This document shows, piece after piece, positions 40,851 to 53,699 of a stretch of DNA of 64,000 bases. The DNA is taken from the NCBI GenBank assembly GCA_010909165.1, contig MU008172.1, forward strand, positions 1,116,001 to 1,180,000, read 5' to 3'. Position 1 is the first letter of the stretch; each line of letters begins with the position of its first letter. The notes beneath the pieces are model-generated. The model saw only the letters and a list, made by a program, of their open reading frames with translations. It searched no databases and was not told where the DNA came from. The stretch is from Anthoceros angustus. Its lineage: Eukaryota; Plantae; Anthocerotophyta. A program made the translations under genes and the position numbers.

Positions 40851-41739
40851 ACGCCATTAAATCACTTGGTTATCGATCCGTAGCTCCGACTCTCCCACGA
40901 TCGCCGCTTGCACTCCCGGTATACAGAGTGAACGGTTTGTCAAAATCGTGCCGCTTTGAGCATAGGCCTTTCCGATAACCGGTCCTTTAACTCCCGCCAA
41001 GCATGTTCATGTTTTGCCTAATCGCCATCGGACTCCTTCTTCATCGATCATACAATACTAAGTGCCGCCATGTTTTGATGAATCGATGATAATAGTTGAC
41101 GAGTCCTAAGAATGCTCTCAACGCAGCGACGTCCCGTGGTCTCGGCATAAGATTGACAGCCTGCACCTTTGCTAGTTGCGGCAAAGACGCCTCCGCACAA
41201 TCTTGTGACCCATATTCTATCTCCTTGTAAGCAAACTTGCACTTCTTTGATGTGCCTTCAACCCGAATCGAGCCTCTCGACAATGTTTCGAGGTGTTGAA
41301 TGTGTTCCTCCAAACCGTCAAAACACAAAATGTCATCCGTAACACTCACGAATGGCAATCCTTGCAACTCCAAGTCTCGCCACCACGAAGTAGATGGAAG
41401 CCAACCCAAAAGGCATCGCCTCCCATTCCCACAATGCTCTTTGCCCCGTAAGCCCATTTGTCTTCTTCCTCAATGACGATTTGATTGAAACCAGAGCTAA
41501 GTCCAACGTCAGAAATACTTGGCTTCGCCTAATCACCAAAGATTTCATCCGGGGTAGGCATGGGATATCGATCCTCATTGCTCGATCTTCACATATTTGC
41601 CATACATGAGTTGAATGCCCACTCGTGCTTTTCCAATTCCCGCACTATTTGCAGATTTGTGTACTTGTCCCGACGCTTGGAAACTCCCTTCACCCATCAT
41701 CCATGCGACCTTCCTTTCTTGTCTCGACTTGCTAGTTGT

Positions 41740-42605
41740 GTGGCTATTCCCACACTCACCAACCATTGCACAAGTCGTCAAACGCTTGTCCCGGTTTACA
41801 TCCGAAGCTCGACACACCTCGCGTGTAGGTGCCGCCATCACAAACCCATCGCTGCTCCCCACGATCGTGGGCTCCCCATCTCCTCACCATTCATATTCAA
41901 TACCATGCCCGCACCTCGGCGAAGGCATATGATCGAGCCAGACCACCGCAGGGCCATGCTCCGGGCTCACCCACAATGTTGACAGGATAATGTGGCAGCG
42001 TGTCCATCCTATTCAATTGCTGATCGCCCGCCTCCTCAAGGATCCCATCCAGGTTCCGCTTGCTTGGTGTGGTTAAACTTTGCCGTTATTTCCACACTCG
42101 CAATGTTCGCCCAAAATCAGGAGACGATGAGCGATGACCGCTTTGTACCAAGGCCAATGATGAACTCCTCTCCACCTTTTCATCTTTTCATAGCTCACAT
42201 GGTCTCTCTTGTCAAAGCTCCGCAAACATTCTCCAAGAATACCAACATGCCGGATTGCACACTTCTCTCGAATCCGTGTTACTTCCGCCAACAGACACTG
42301 CTGACCACGTCCACTTGGAGAAGGTCTTGCACTCCCATCCCGCAATCACCATGTCAACCGGCATCTTATTGCACCGTGCTTTTCCTACCAACATCACATC
42401 GTTAAGTCGGTCCGCACCCTCTTATGGCTTCCATGCTCAAGCTCGGTACATTTTTGTAGCTTGATAATCCCGGATTTGGCCACCGCCCGAGTCTTCTCAT
42501 CAATTTCTACACACGTATACTTCGTGATCCGAATCCCACATCGAAACACACTCCAGCACTACTAATTCGAACACAACTCCATGAGGTGAATTCTTGTTCA
42601 TGAGC
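41740..42605 (-). pseudogene. DNMT domain, copy C; a partial C-terminal copy A lies at ~38745-39125
   Basis: The same motifs recur: CGIRITKYTCVEIDEK, PVDMVIAGWECKTFSK, LENVCGAFDKRDHV, AHRL. Confidence 0.88.
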
Positions 42606-43179
42606 ACGCCATTGAATCACTTGTTATCGATCCGTAGCTCCGACTCTCCCACGATCGCTTCACTTCTTCCGCAATTGCCGGTGATTCGCCATACTTGCAT
42701 CTGTTGCTGTCGAACACGCTCTCTTTCCAAAGCTTCCTTCACGGTGGTGTACCACATACATGTCATTCGATGTGGTGCCTTCTTCCGACACCTCATGACG
42801 TGCCAGGTCCTGTGTCTCTTCCCACACCTCCTCTCGGTGAACACTTTGCCGCAAGCCGTGAATGCCAAGATACTTTGATCTTTCACCATGCCTCCTCATG
42901 TCCAGAGGAATTCTGGCAACATGTGTGAAATCTCCATCTCGCCATCTTGGCCTATAGAATGCCTGAGTGCGGATCCACCCCATGGCTGGTCCATGCGTGG
43001 CATCCGCCTCCTAACAACACATCATAATTTCGCATCCGAAACGACAATGCACTTCCACCACACATGCGTCGCCGCTACTTATACTCTATCCGATCGGATC
43101 GCGAGTCATCCCCATCACTGTTCTTTGGTACCGCATGTGGTGATCCGACTCACATGGCTTCAACTTGTCTCCATACATT

Positions 43180-44560
43180 GAGCGCCTTGCACCCGTGCCC
43201 CAAAGACCGGATCCGCACTGTCTACTAGCACACACTCCGGCAAAGCCATTGATGACCTCTCGTTCTTGGTTCTTCACCAATGCTATGCCACCTTTCCCCG
43301 GTCTGGTTTTAGATGGTCACCACGTAGGTGACAAGCCCGACACCGTGCTCAATTCAATGGCTTCCTTCTTAATCCAGCCCGCATTGCTTGTCCGAACGGC
43401 CAGCCCGACCCTGTGTCACGCAAACTTACCAAGGGTGCATCCATGGCTTTTTCTAACAGACTTCGTGATTCTGAGCTACCTCCTCCCGATGTGGTGCCGC
43501 CTCGCCCGAACTGTCAAGGATTTGGGCATTCTCAACTGGTTCCTACCCCCACCAGTCTTCACTTTCACATCCTTACCAAATCAATGCTTCCCTTTGATCC
43601 GACTTGACCTTCCACATCAACGCAAACACATCTTCGTCCGAATCATATGTTTCTCGCCGACGACATGTCCTTCTTTATGCTTACGCCATGGCCAACCGCC
43701 TTGCACCAGACTCACCCAAGAAGGCCTTCCGAGTGTAACTCACACCTGTCGCTTGTCTATTGTTCCATCTCCTAGGCCCTTGGGCTTGAGCTCAGATGGG
43801 CTTGCCAAGCGCCTGCAGCCGGCTTACCACACGCCCGCAAGCTTCTTTTTACTTTGACCCGCCAACACGATGCTCACACTCATACGCCTTGTGCGGCCCC
43901 TTACATCGTAAACACTTGTCAGACGTTTTGGAGCTCACAGCACTGTGGGCCATTTGGTCCTTTGACGGCGAATCCCTGCGTTGAGTGTTCACCTGCATGT
44001 GCTCGCGATAGTGGGACTTCCCATGCTGCTTATGGGTGTTCGAAGTACTGGCATGTCCTCTGACCACATTGTGCTCCTCCCAGTAGGCATTGGTGACAGC
44101 ATCTCCTTTCATAACTCTCTCGGCCATCTCGTAGGCCTGTTCCAACTCATAGTCTGCCCCATGTAACATATGCAGAAAGTTGGCGATCACCCTCCTCTGC
44201 CTTCCTGGCAAGGCTGCAATATATATTTGCGCTGCTTCCCTCATGGTTTTCACCTTGGTGTCTTTCACCACCGTGCAGTCAGATTGCATCTTAGTGGCTC
44301 ATTTGGTTTGATCACAAACTTGACAACTCCCGGATTTTCTCAATGGACGCCAATCGGAAACATCTCAAAGAAACTTGACGAACATTTCGGCCCACCGATA
44401 AGTGATAACCTCGATTAGATGAACTGATGAGCCCGGGTTCGTCATCATCGATCTTGGCAGCTTTCCTTGCCCGTTTCATTCGCAGCGAAGTATGAGCATC
44501 CTGCAAAATCTTTTCTTTACAATCACGATAGTGTTAAAGCTTCACCAGCCAGAAATGCGC
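43180..44560 (-). pseudogene. Gypsy gag (Zn knuckle) and start of the aspartic protease
   Basis: ORF 43849-44289 with CLRCKGPHKAYEC knuckle, a second knuckle remnant CKAVGH near 43685-43705, and VLVDS(G)AD protease-like motif near 43210-43235. Confidence 0.65.
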
Positions 44561-45235
44561 TCATCTTTCTAAGTGCCATCTCGTGCGTGAATTCGACTTA
44601 TATTTGAGCACCATCTCATCGATCGCCATCTAAATTTCTCTTCAAAATCAGCCGAGACATACTACCGTGTCTACCCGTGAACACATCATTTTTGCTGGGC
44701 GCTGGTTCATACTCCATCCTGGCGCCACCACCACTCTCTTCAAAATCAATGGATCTGATAGAGTGTGACTCCACTCAACCGACCACCGCCTCGGGAACCG
44801 AGGGAGGTCGTGCAATGTGGTTGAATGCTTCCGATTTCGGTGTGCTTTCGTTCATCCACCGACCGAGTAAAACACCATTGCCAATCCCTCCCCCTTCGAG
44901 AGACTATATAAGGCATTCCACAAAGTTGGTGCCGCCTCCCCGCGTCTAGTCCGCCAACCATGCCAGTTTGTCGATCACCTCATTCCAGAGGCGTGGCCAC
45001 AAATCACGGCTCATTCCCAGTTGGCCCACTCGAATGGGTCTCGCTCGCATAAACAAAGAACGAATAGTCCAAAGCGCTTTCACGGCAATCTACCATGGAC
45101 TTATCGGTATGGTCCACCGTCTTTGGATCATCGACTTCAGCGTCCTCCGTTTTCCGCCCGAATCTTGGCTCCTCTGTCGAACCCTTCGAGTCGCCTTGCT
45201 GCCTCGTGTGGCTTCACCAAGGGGATTGTTGATGC

Positions 45236-45661
45236 AAAATCACTCCATTTGGAGCGGCTCTCCTATGCACACACCACACTGGATCACACACCGTGCACAA
45301 AACGCCTGGATCCGTCTGTCGTTTTGAATCGACATCAACAATCCGCTCCCAATGACGGATTGCTGACTTTTGTAGCCTACACCGCCACCGATCTTAATCA
45401 CCGGCCCGAATTCCGAAGGGCCGTGATCACGCCCGCACACGCCGGAAGATCTTCGCCGCTGAGCCTTAATTATGCTTGTCCGTATTCTAAGCGTATGGCT
45501 CATGCAGCCATGATGCCATCCTATCTCTACACTCACGCCATCACATTTACAGTATATGCATGCAGTCAGGGTGCCTACACCACTTATCCCATACACTGGA
45601 CACACACACGTTATCACACCCAGGTCCTACCTGCCTATCCCTACCTCTATATGCCATGACA
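45236..45661. repeat. 5' terminal repeat X only (~426 bp)
   Basis: Matches X of the left array from 'aaaatcactccatttggagcgg' to 'tatatgccatgaca'. Y is absent here. Confidence 0.92.
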
Positions 45662-45962
45662 CAGGCAAGGGAGAAAATCGATGTGAAGGGCATCAATTGT
45701 GGCTCTTTATTCGCTTTTAGACATATTCCGACGAATCCTTTCTTGATACGACCTCGCAGCGTGTTGGGTATTGTGATTTCACACTGGGGACCATACACGA
45801 AGGCACGAACACTCACTGGTGGTTTTATTTCACAGGAGAAAAACTCCGACAGGCACAAACTCTGGTAAAACCCATCACACAGTCTACACACTGATAGATC
45901 TAGTACTGGACACACAAACTGGGAGACAGTTCCTTATTTGGAAGGGGGGCCCAGGCAAAAAC

Positions 45963-48900
45963 CTAAGCCTCCAAGTGACGGTCCCCTTGTTCACTCTTAA
46001 CAGCAGCCTGCAGCGTCTCCGTCATCATTCGAGCGGCTGCTTCCAACGACATTCCTTCCATGTTTGAGGCGCAAGATTTGTCGGCGTCGGGCCAATACTC
46101 GTCCGTCGTCAAAAACTGAAAATGGACATGTAACCAGGCATCGTGAGCTTAAACGACTACAGGAAGGGCAATGCGCGGAAGGAAATTTCAGCTAAACAGG
46201 CAGCGCTCACCTTCACTTGTAGCTGAAGAGATTTGACGTAGTTGATTGCTTTCTCCAGCATGGTTACCAAATCCACCTGCAAGGACGCAAGCTTACAGGT
46301 TAAGCAAGCTGGCGAGCTATCACTATAAAGCAAGCGGGAGTGTAGAAACTTGCGCACCTTGGAGCCGTTGGGAACGAGATCTTGCAGAACCTTGAGCCTC
46401 TCACTTATTCGCTCTCGCCGATGCTGCGACAAAGGGCAAGAGTGCAGAATGTGAGACGTGAGGTTCGAAATGAGCTCGACTAGCGGGCAATTGATCAGCC
46501 GTGCGATGCATTCAACCAGTTGACTTAAAGCTTACCCTTGCAGCGATGCTTTGCGGATCGTTGGCACTGCCCTGCCTAGCCCTTGGCTTGAGATTAGTAT
46601 TGAGCGCGGGACCTACGCTCTTGTGGCTGGCTGAAGTAGAAGTGGAGCACGCCTTGGTCCCGCCTGCGACAGCTGCTTGCACTTGCTGCCCCTGCCCCTG
46701 CCCCTTTGCATTGTCCTGCAATTCAAGCGGAATCAGCCTGAGCCACGGTGGAGTGACGCTCTCCGCGTTCATGAAATTAGAAATTTGCGCCTAATGAAGC
46801 AAAATACATGTAGGCAGTCAGGACGAGCTTACCTTAAGCCTCTTGCAGGCGGGATCCTGCGTGTCGTCCCCGTTCAGCCGCTTGCGCTGACTACACTCGT
46901 TGCTATTAACTTCCACACGGGTGGGGCTGACGTGAATATGATTGCCAGCAGTGGCGACTACGGCGCGCCCGCTGGTATGCACGGGCGCTAGATTATTCAC
47001 CTTGTTGGACTGCCAGGAACCAACGCCAGCAGCGGCAGCTACAGCCTTCCGGGCAGCCTGTGAGACATTGTCGGAATGGCTGGCTACCCACCCGGTGATG
47101 CTGCTGCTCAAGCTGTCCAGAGTCATGGGCTGGCAATAGCTGCTGCTTGCAATTGCTGATCCCAGGGGTAGCTCGAAAATATTTGCCGGCAACGACGTGG
47201 GCCACGACCGCTTGCAGTGAGAATTCCCCTTGTCGTAGGCATGCCCCATGTCGGTGCTCATGCACGGCGTGGCGTGCGTAGCATACTCCCCTTTCACTGC
47301 GACACTGGAGGTGGCGTCCGACACGACTCCCCTTGTGCAAGTGCTGATACCCAGAGACGACAAATTGGGAAGATTATGCTGACTCCGGATCCGCTGCCCC
47401 CCCTCCTCTTGGCTCGCTTCCAAACTCACTCCCTGTAGACTCTCCAGGAACGAGGTGCAGGCAACCACGTCTAAATGAGGTGTCGGAGAGGAGGACTGGG
47501 CATGTGGATGGCTGAATGCTCTGAGCGTGGCCATGGATCCAGAGCTGTTCTTGGTATCGGCGCGCGCACAGCTGGCGAAATGAGCATGGTCCTGAAAATT
47601 GGTCATCTGAATTCCAGCTCCGGATCCGTCGACGCCTGCACTGCTGCGCACTGCTGCATCTAGAACGGTAACTCGCGGAGAATCATCAGACGCTGGAGGC
47701 ACTCCCCCGAATCCCATCGGCTGTGACAGCTGAGAGTTAGCACAGGGCTGATGCACATGTACAGGGGGCCCGGGGTTGGATCCGCTGGCCGAGCCGATGG
47801 GGTAGGCAGGACGCACGCAATCCATCACTCCTCCTGATGATTCCAAGCTCCCGAACAAAGAATTGGACTGCTGCATGATGACGCTGCCTGGCCCGGGCGA
47901 GGGGACCCGGGCCTGCAGAGGCCTGGTGGACATCACTTGGGCCGTGGCCACCGCAGTTGCAGATGCTGCATCATGGCTTTCCGAGGCCTGCATGTTAAGC
48001 ACGCTGCGAGGGGAGTTCCCGGCGCCGGGACCATGACCCTGCGCGGCCGGGCGGGTACCGCTGCTGCTACCGCCCCGCGGAGGGGTGCAGAGAGGAGCCA
48101 ATGGCATTGGACCCTCTTCGTACTTGCAGCGTGGCCTCGACTCCTGGCCTGGTGAAGAGTCGCGAGGCGCTCTGGTGCAGGTGCTGCTCTCAGCAGGCCT
48201 AGGGAGGCTCTGACTCACCAACTGCATGGATATGGCCGGGGCTATTGGACTGACGGCAGCGCCACCATAACTGCATCTGGCGGCTCCGACGCTCAGCTCC
48301 TGGATGTCGTCTTCCAGAATCAATTCGGTTGGATCCAAAATGAAGCCCGAGTCGCCTGTAGCCGGCCACGACATGTCCACACGCTGTCTCTTGGCCCCGC
48401 CCGACAGGTCAGTCTGGGTGCCGGAGTGGACGCCGTCGCTTGCTCCTGAAGAGTGGCTCGCAGCATCCACGTCGCTAGACGTATGAGCTCCTGAGGGTGC
48501 ATCGCCCGAGCCCGTGAACGTGCAAGTGCCTTCGTCGATGTCGGCCCAGGCGGCGGCCCAGCTGGGGCAGTCTTCCGGCCAGCCGCACGACTGAATGAGA
48601 CTGCCGATGTCGCTGCTCAGAGTGTGCAAGTTCATACCACTCCCAGAGCCGGAGCCGGAGCTGGAGCCTGGCTGCGGAAAGCTGGGATGGCCATACAGGA
48701 AGGTCGAGGCCAATTGGTCGTCCGGACCCAAGGACGCGGACGCGGCCCGGAGCGTAGTCGACGATGACGGACTTCGAGCAGAAGGCGGCTGCAGGTTGAA
48801 GAAGGGCAGGCGAGGGTTGGCGCCATGCAGGAACACATCGGTTGTACCGTGCAACTGGGACTCGGCCAACCCTGTTCCCACTCCCACTCCTGCAAGGCTC

Positions 48901-49247
48901 TTGGGGAGATGATGATAGTCGCGATGCGATAGCAGCCCCAAGCTGGACGCAGCACCTCCGGATCCTGCGTGGAGACCTGGCAGATAGCTGCTGGGAGACA
49001 CAGGAGTCTTGCCCGCTTGCAACAGGCGGGGCGTCTGGCTTGCAAAGCTGCCATTTGCCGTTACAGCTGCAGCTTGGTTAACGTTGGCACCGCACATGCC
49101 CACCATGGAGAAGTTGTCGTTGCTGGCCAGCAGATGGCCGGCAGGATGCCAAGATGAACGCAAGATACCCGGATCCTTGGCTAAAGGGTTGCAGTGCAAC
49201 ACCGTCTCTGTCATATTGGCAGTGCTCCTGGACGAACGGAAATTCAT
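45963..49247 (-). CDS. RSL1: Class I RSL (RHD6/RSL1-like) bHLH transcription factor, ~984 aa; exons 49247-46833, 46790-46536, 46423-46358, 46276-46211, 46115-45963
   Basis: [26 protein letters not shown]|[22 protein letters not shown]|[22 protein letters not shown]|FLTTDEYWP is a bHLH plus RSL domain of class I. All introns are GT-AG, phase 0. The start codon is assumed from the longest ORF. Confidence 0.92.
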
Positions 49248-49839
49248 AACTCGGACTGGTCTGCTCCAATGTCGAGGTCCAGTTGTAGATCCGATATATA
49301 GATAAAAGAGACCACAGGTGCACCAGGTCTCTCACCAGTGTTACTTGTGAACGCTGTCTTATTCCACGATGCTTGAAGAAAAAATATTGAGTAGATACTG
49401 GATGCTCACACGAGTCGACATGAGTCCGAGAATAATCTCTGAAAAAATTGCTAGCAGATCAGTCCTTGCAGTGTGTACAGTGAGGTGAAAAGTCACACAC
49501 GTTTGTACTTGCAGCAGGAACCTGGAGCCAACAAACATGTGTCCACACGTAAATACATTTGGTGACAAACCAGACTTAATAAGGGCAACCAGAAAGTGTG
49601 TAAGAGCAACTAACCAGGAAGAACTGTATGCATCAGCAACTCTCCCCAAAAGCCAGCGCCGTGACTTTTAGACAGGAGCATGCTCGAGCTAAGTAGTGGA
49701 GCAACAACCAGTAGACAGACCTGGAAGAGGGCCCAGCCACAAGAGGAAACAAGTTAGTGGCATCGTTAGTGAATCCAGCTACTACTACTTGTGTGGCGCG
49801 GGGAACGGAATCACGACAAGACAAGGGTCATGGGAAAGC

Positions 49840-51702
49840 GATGCAGGGATGTGGACTTACTTTATACTCCACCCGCAGAAATGAAAAGAGTGTTGGTGTT
49901 GCAGACTCGACTTCGCATCAAATGAGCCAGGCGCACTCGTTTGAGCTACTGGTTCACAGTCGGAATAGTGGCAAAGCACACATGAAAGTAACTAATCCCA
50001 GATTGATCAGGGTCAGCAGTCATAAGCCAGCCTTCCAGCAGGTGCCCTCAGCATAGTCTCAAACACACACTAGCTCAGCTTAGGGTGGGAGAGCAAAGAA
50101 ACGTGTGACCCTCGAAAGGTGCTCGCGTTGGGTGATGGTCTGGGCACAGTCGGAATATTATTTGCATCGGTAGAGTGGAGGAGCGTGTACGGGTGGGACA
50201 GAAGGCAGGAAAGGCATATTGATGAGGCAGGTCTGATTCAAGAGATTACTATCGGTGGGGGAGATATTTAATGTCTTCATCCTTGAGACTGAGGCTAGGC
50301 GGGGAGAGTGGAGGATGAGGTTGAGAAGACCCCTGGATGTTGCATTCACATCGGGAGCAAGAATGAAGAGAAGGGCAAGAAGAAACAGGACACCAAAGAA
50401 AACGAGGCTAGACGGAATATACAGAGGAAGAAGGGACCAGGGCACACCCTTGGGAAGGAGAAGGCAGATGAGGCCAAAGGAGGTAAGTTAATGGGCAGCA
50501 GCAGCAGCAGGAGTTGAAGACATAAAATAAGCAAGGGTGGAGTGGAGAGGTGTATTTACAGAGGAGAAGAGAGGAGAGGAGAAGACGGCGGTGCAAGAAT
50601 GAAGCTCAGGCGGACTTGGTCGGGACGTGTGTAGGTGGTGGCAGCCGCTGTGGAAGTATCAATCTTTGAGCAAAGCCCCTCGGAACCTTGTTAAAAACTG
50701 AACTGAGCTGAGCTGTTCCTGCACTCGATACTCCAGCTTGGGACTCGGAGGCGAAGATGATGTCGTGATGATGCAGGGATGTGGACTTTATACTCCACCC
50801 GCAGAAATGAAAAGAGTGTTGGTGTTGCAGACTCGACTTCGCATCAAATGAGCCAGGCGCACTCGTTTGAGCTACTGGTTCACAGTCGGAATAGTGGCAA
50901 AGCACACATGAAAGTAACTAATCCCAGATTGATCAGGGTCAGCAGTCATAAGCCAGCCTTCCAGCAGGTGCCCTCAGCATAGTCTCAAACACACTAGCTC
51001 AGCTTAGGGTGGAGAGCAAAGAAACGTGTGACCCTCGAAAGGTGCTCATCGCGTTGGGTGATGGTCTGGGCACAGTCGGAATATTATTTGCATCGGTAGA
51101 GTGGAGGATGTGCATGGGTGGGACAGAAGGCAGGAAAGGCATATTGATGAGGCAGGTCTGATTCAAGAGATTACTATCGGTGGGGGAGATATTTAATGTC
51201 TTCATCCTTGAGACTGAGGCTAGGCGGGGAGAGTGGAGGATGAGGTTGAGAAGACCCCTGGATGTTGCATTCACATCGGGAGCAAGAATGAAGAGAAGGG
51301 CAAGAAGAAACAGGACACCAAAGAAAACGAGGCTAGACGGAATATACAGAGGAAGAAGGGACCAGGGCACACCCTTGGGAAGGAGAAGGCAGATGAGGCC
51401 AAAGGAGGTAAGTTAATGGGCAGCAGCAGCAGCAGCAGGAGTTGAAGACATAAAATAAGCAAGGGTGGAGTGGAGAGGTGTATTTACAGAGGAGAAGAGA
51501 GGAGAGGAGAAGACGGCGGTGCAAGAATGAAGCTCAGGCGGACTTGGTCGGGACGTGTGTAGGTGGTGGCAGCCGCTGTGGAAGTATCAATCTTTGAGCA
51601 AAGCCCCTCGGAACCTTGTTAAAAACTGAACTGAGCTGAGCTGTTCCTGCACTCGATACTCCAGCTTGGGACTCGGAGGCGAAGATGATGTCGTGATGAT
51701 GC
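49840..51702. repeat. Tandem duplication, ~0.93 kb
   Basis: 49840-50772 recurs at ~50770-51702, near-identical, joined at 'gatgc'. Confidence 0.95.
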
Positions 51703-53699
51703 GGGGAGGTCCAGTTGGAAGCAATGCAATAGGAGCCGCCGCCGGCGGCCGGCTCCGGCTCCAGGCAACAACCACAGTTTCAAGATCTCCTACCCTGTCT
51801 ACCCTTGGAGGTGAAGGGGAGAAGCCGAGGGCTTGAAACCAGGCGAGCCCAGGTGAATGAGAGACCTCAGCCCCGGCTCCAAGCCAGCAGAAAGTCCCCG
51901 GCCCCGAGAGAAGCCGAGGCTCGCAGCTGGCAAGCCACACCGAGGAGCAGCAGGCCCCTGACCGCAGAGGCGCAGCCGCCGGCGTCCCAGGACAGGGTAG
52001 GGGGGACGCCCCCGCTTGTAGCCTTCATAAAAGTGCTTGTTTGGGTAGGAAGTGCGGGAAAGAGAGTGGGCGAATTAGGTTGGGAAGTCGGGTCCTGACA
52101 TCAAGCAAGGATAGGGGATGGGCAGGGCAGCTTCTGGGTGAGCGAGGGGAGTCCAATCCCAGTAGGCTGCCCGACACTAGAGTTGCTAGGGCTGTGTAGC
52201 TGGAACAAGAGGGTGTAGCTAAGCTATAACGTTCAGGGCTCAAGTCAAGAGCTGGGCTGAGCACACCTGGCTAAGTGTATGTCTAGAGCTGAAGAGGTGT
52301 GAAAGTAGACTAGCTAGTAGTGCACGGGGGACCGACCCCGGCACGGCCCAGCGCACAAGAAAAGGCGATAAAAGATTTCTAGGAGCTAGTGGTGGGAGAG
52401 GAGAAACTTGCTTGCTGCTGCTGTTTCAAGTCGTAGAGGACTTGCTGAAGAGCGCGCGCAAGTATTGCAATCCTACTCGTCACTTCGGCTGTCACCCCGT
52501 AGCCACCCCCTAACACCTGCAGTCCTTTCAACCCATTGCGCCGTCAGAGCAGTCCGCGAACTGAGAACCCGAGCAGAAACTAAGGCGGCGGCGGTGGAGG
52601 AGTTTAGCAGGAACCGGCGAGGACAGGAACAGCAGAGCAGACGGACTTGTGTGCGAGTGCGAGAGACATGAAAGACATGGTCTAGGTTGGTGGCGTCAAG
52701 GGATGCGTTGGCTGCAGCGGCAGCAGTACAGCGTTGGAACACGACAAGATAATGGGTGGGAGATGCAAAGATGCGGAAGCAGGCGCGCTCGCAAGCAACC
52801 TCGAGTGGTTGCAACCGAGTTCAAGGGCCGACGGAGAAAGAGGCGGAGGATCCAGGTGAAGGGCAGGCACACTAGCGAGACGTACGTAGTCTGCTGCAGA
52901 AGCTCTCCACCGTTGTGACCAGGTTGCTGACAGCAGAGGTCGGGACAAGGGTGGAGCAGCAGCCTAGGCCTGAAGCAGGTAGGTGGTGGAAGACGGAGTG
53001 AGCCTCGATGTGGGAAGGGAGAAAAGCGGGAGGCTCTGAGAGAAGAGTTGGGGTGTGAAGCAGCAGCTACAGAAGATCCAGAGCATAGGTTGAAGGTCGG
53101 GTAGCGGCGTCCATGGCTAGGGGGTGGGAAGCTGGCGACAAACCGAGCGGTGCGACGAGAGGAAGAGGCACGAAGATTGTGACTAGACGGGGCAAGCTTG
53201 GAAAAAGTTGGCAAGGCTTGCACAGACACAGTGAGGAAGGCCTAGGCCAAGGCGAGTGAATCTCCACGGCACGGCACGGCGCAGCGGAAGCAAGGAGGCA
53301 GCTTGCAAGGAGCAGCAGCGAGCGAGCGAGAGCAGCGGCGGCGACGAGCGGAAGAGAGGGGCTAGCGAAATGGCGAGAAGGGGGCACACACGCACGCGGA
53401 AGGAGCGAGAGACCGAGAGAGCGAGAGGAAGGAAGGCGAAGGCGCGGAGGAGGGAGCGGGGGAGCGGACAGGCGTGGGCACCTTAACAGGGGCCCGGGGC
53501 CCGCGCGGGGAGGGGAGGGAAGGGAAGGTGGTAGACAGAGGTGAGAGAGTGAAGGGTATCCACCCACTGGGTCGAGGTGTCAGACTGGTACTACAATGCC
53601 GTTCCGTAGGAGAATAGAAAGGGAAAGTGATGCCGATGGATGGAAGGGAAGGTAAGGGAAGCAAAAGGAACGCCCGCGCGTTGACTCCAAGTATCAACG

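Larger units (their letters stand above)
32406..45661 (-). mobile_element. Ty3/gypsy-type retrotransposon: gag-PR-DNMT-RT-RNase H-integrase-PHD plus an extra ORF, with split direct repeats
   Basis: Termini TGTC...GACA and 4-bp TSD CAGG (32402-32405, 45662-45665). Gypsy domain order with integrase last. Many frameshifts. Confidence 0.93.

Noticed and set aside
38745-42605. Three DNMT-RT modules as the genuine element design
   Set aside because: Boundaries cut through domains at microhomologies and match the duplication pattern seen across the window, so they are probably artefactual or post-insertional.
18727-45661. RDR gene plus DNMT-bearing element as an RNA-directed methylation cluster
   Set aside because: The DNMT lies inside a TSD-bounded mobile element and is separated from RDR by an unrelated gene. 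Proximity is most simply chance.
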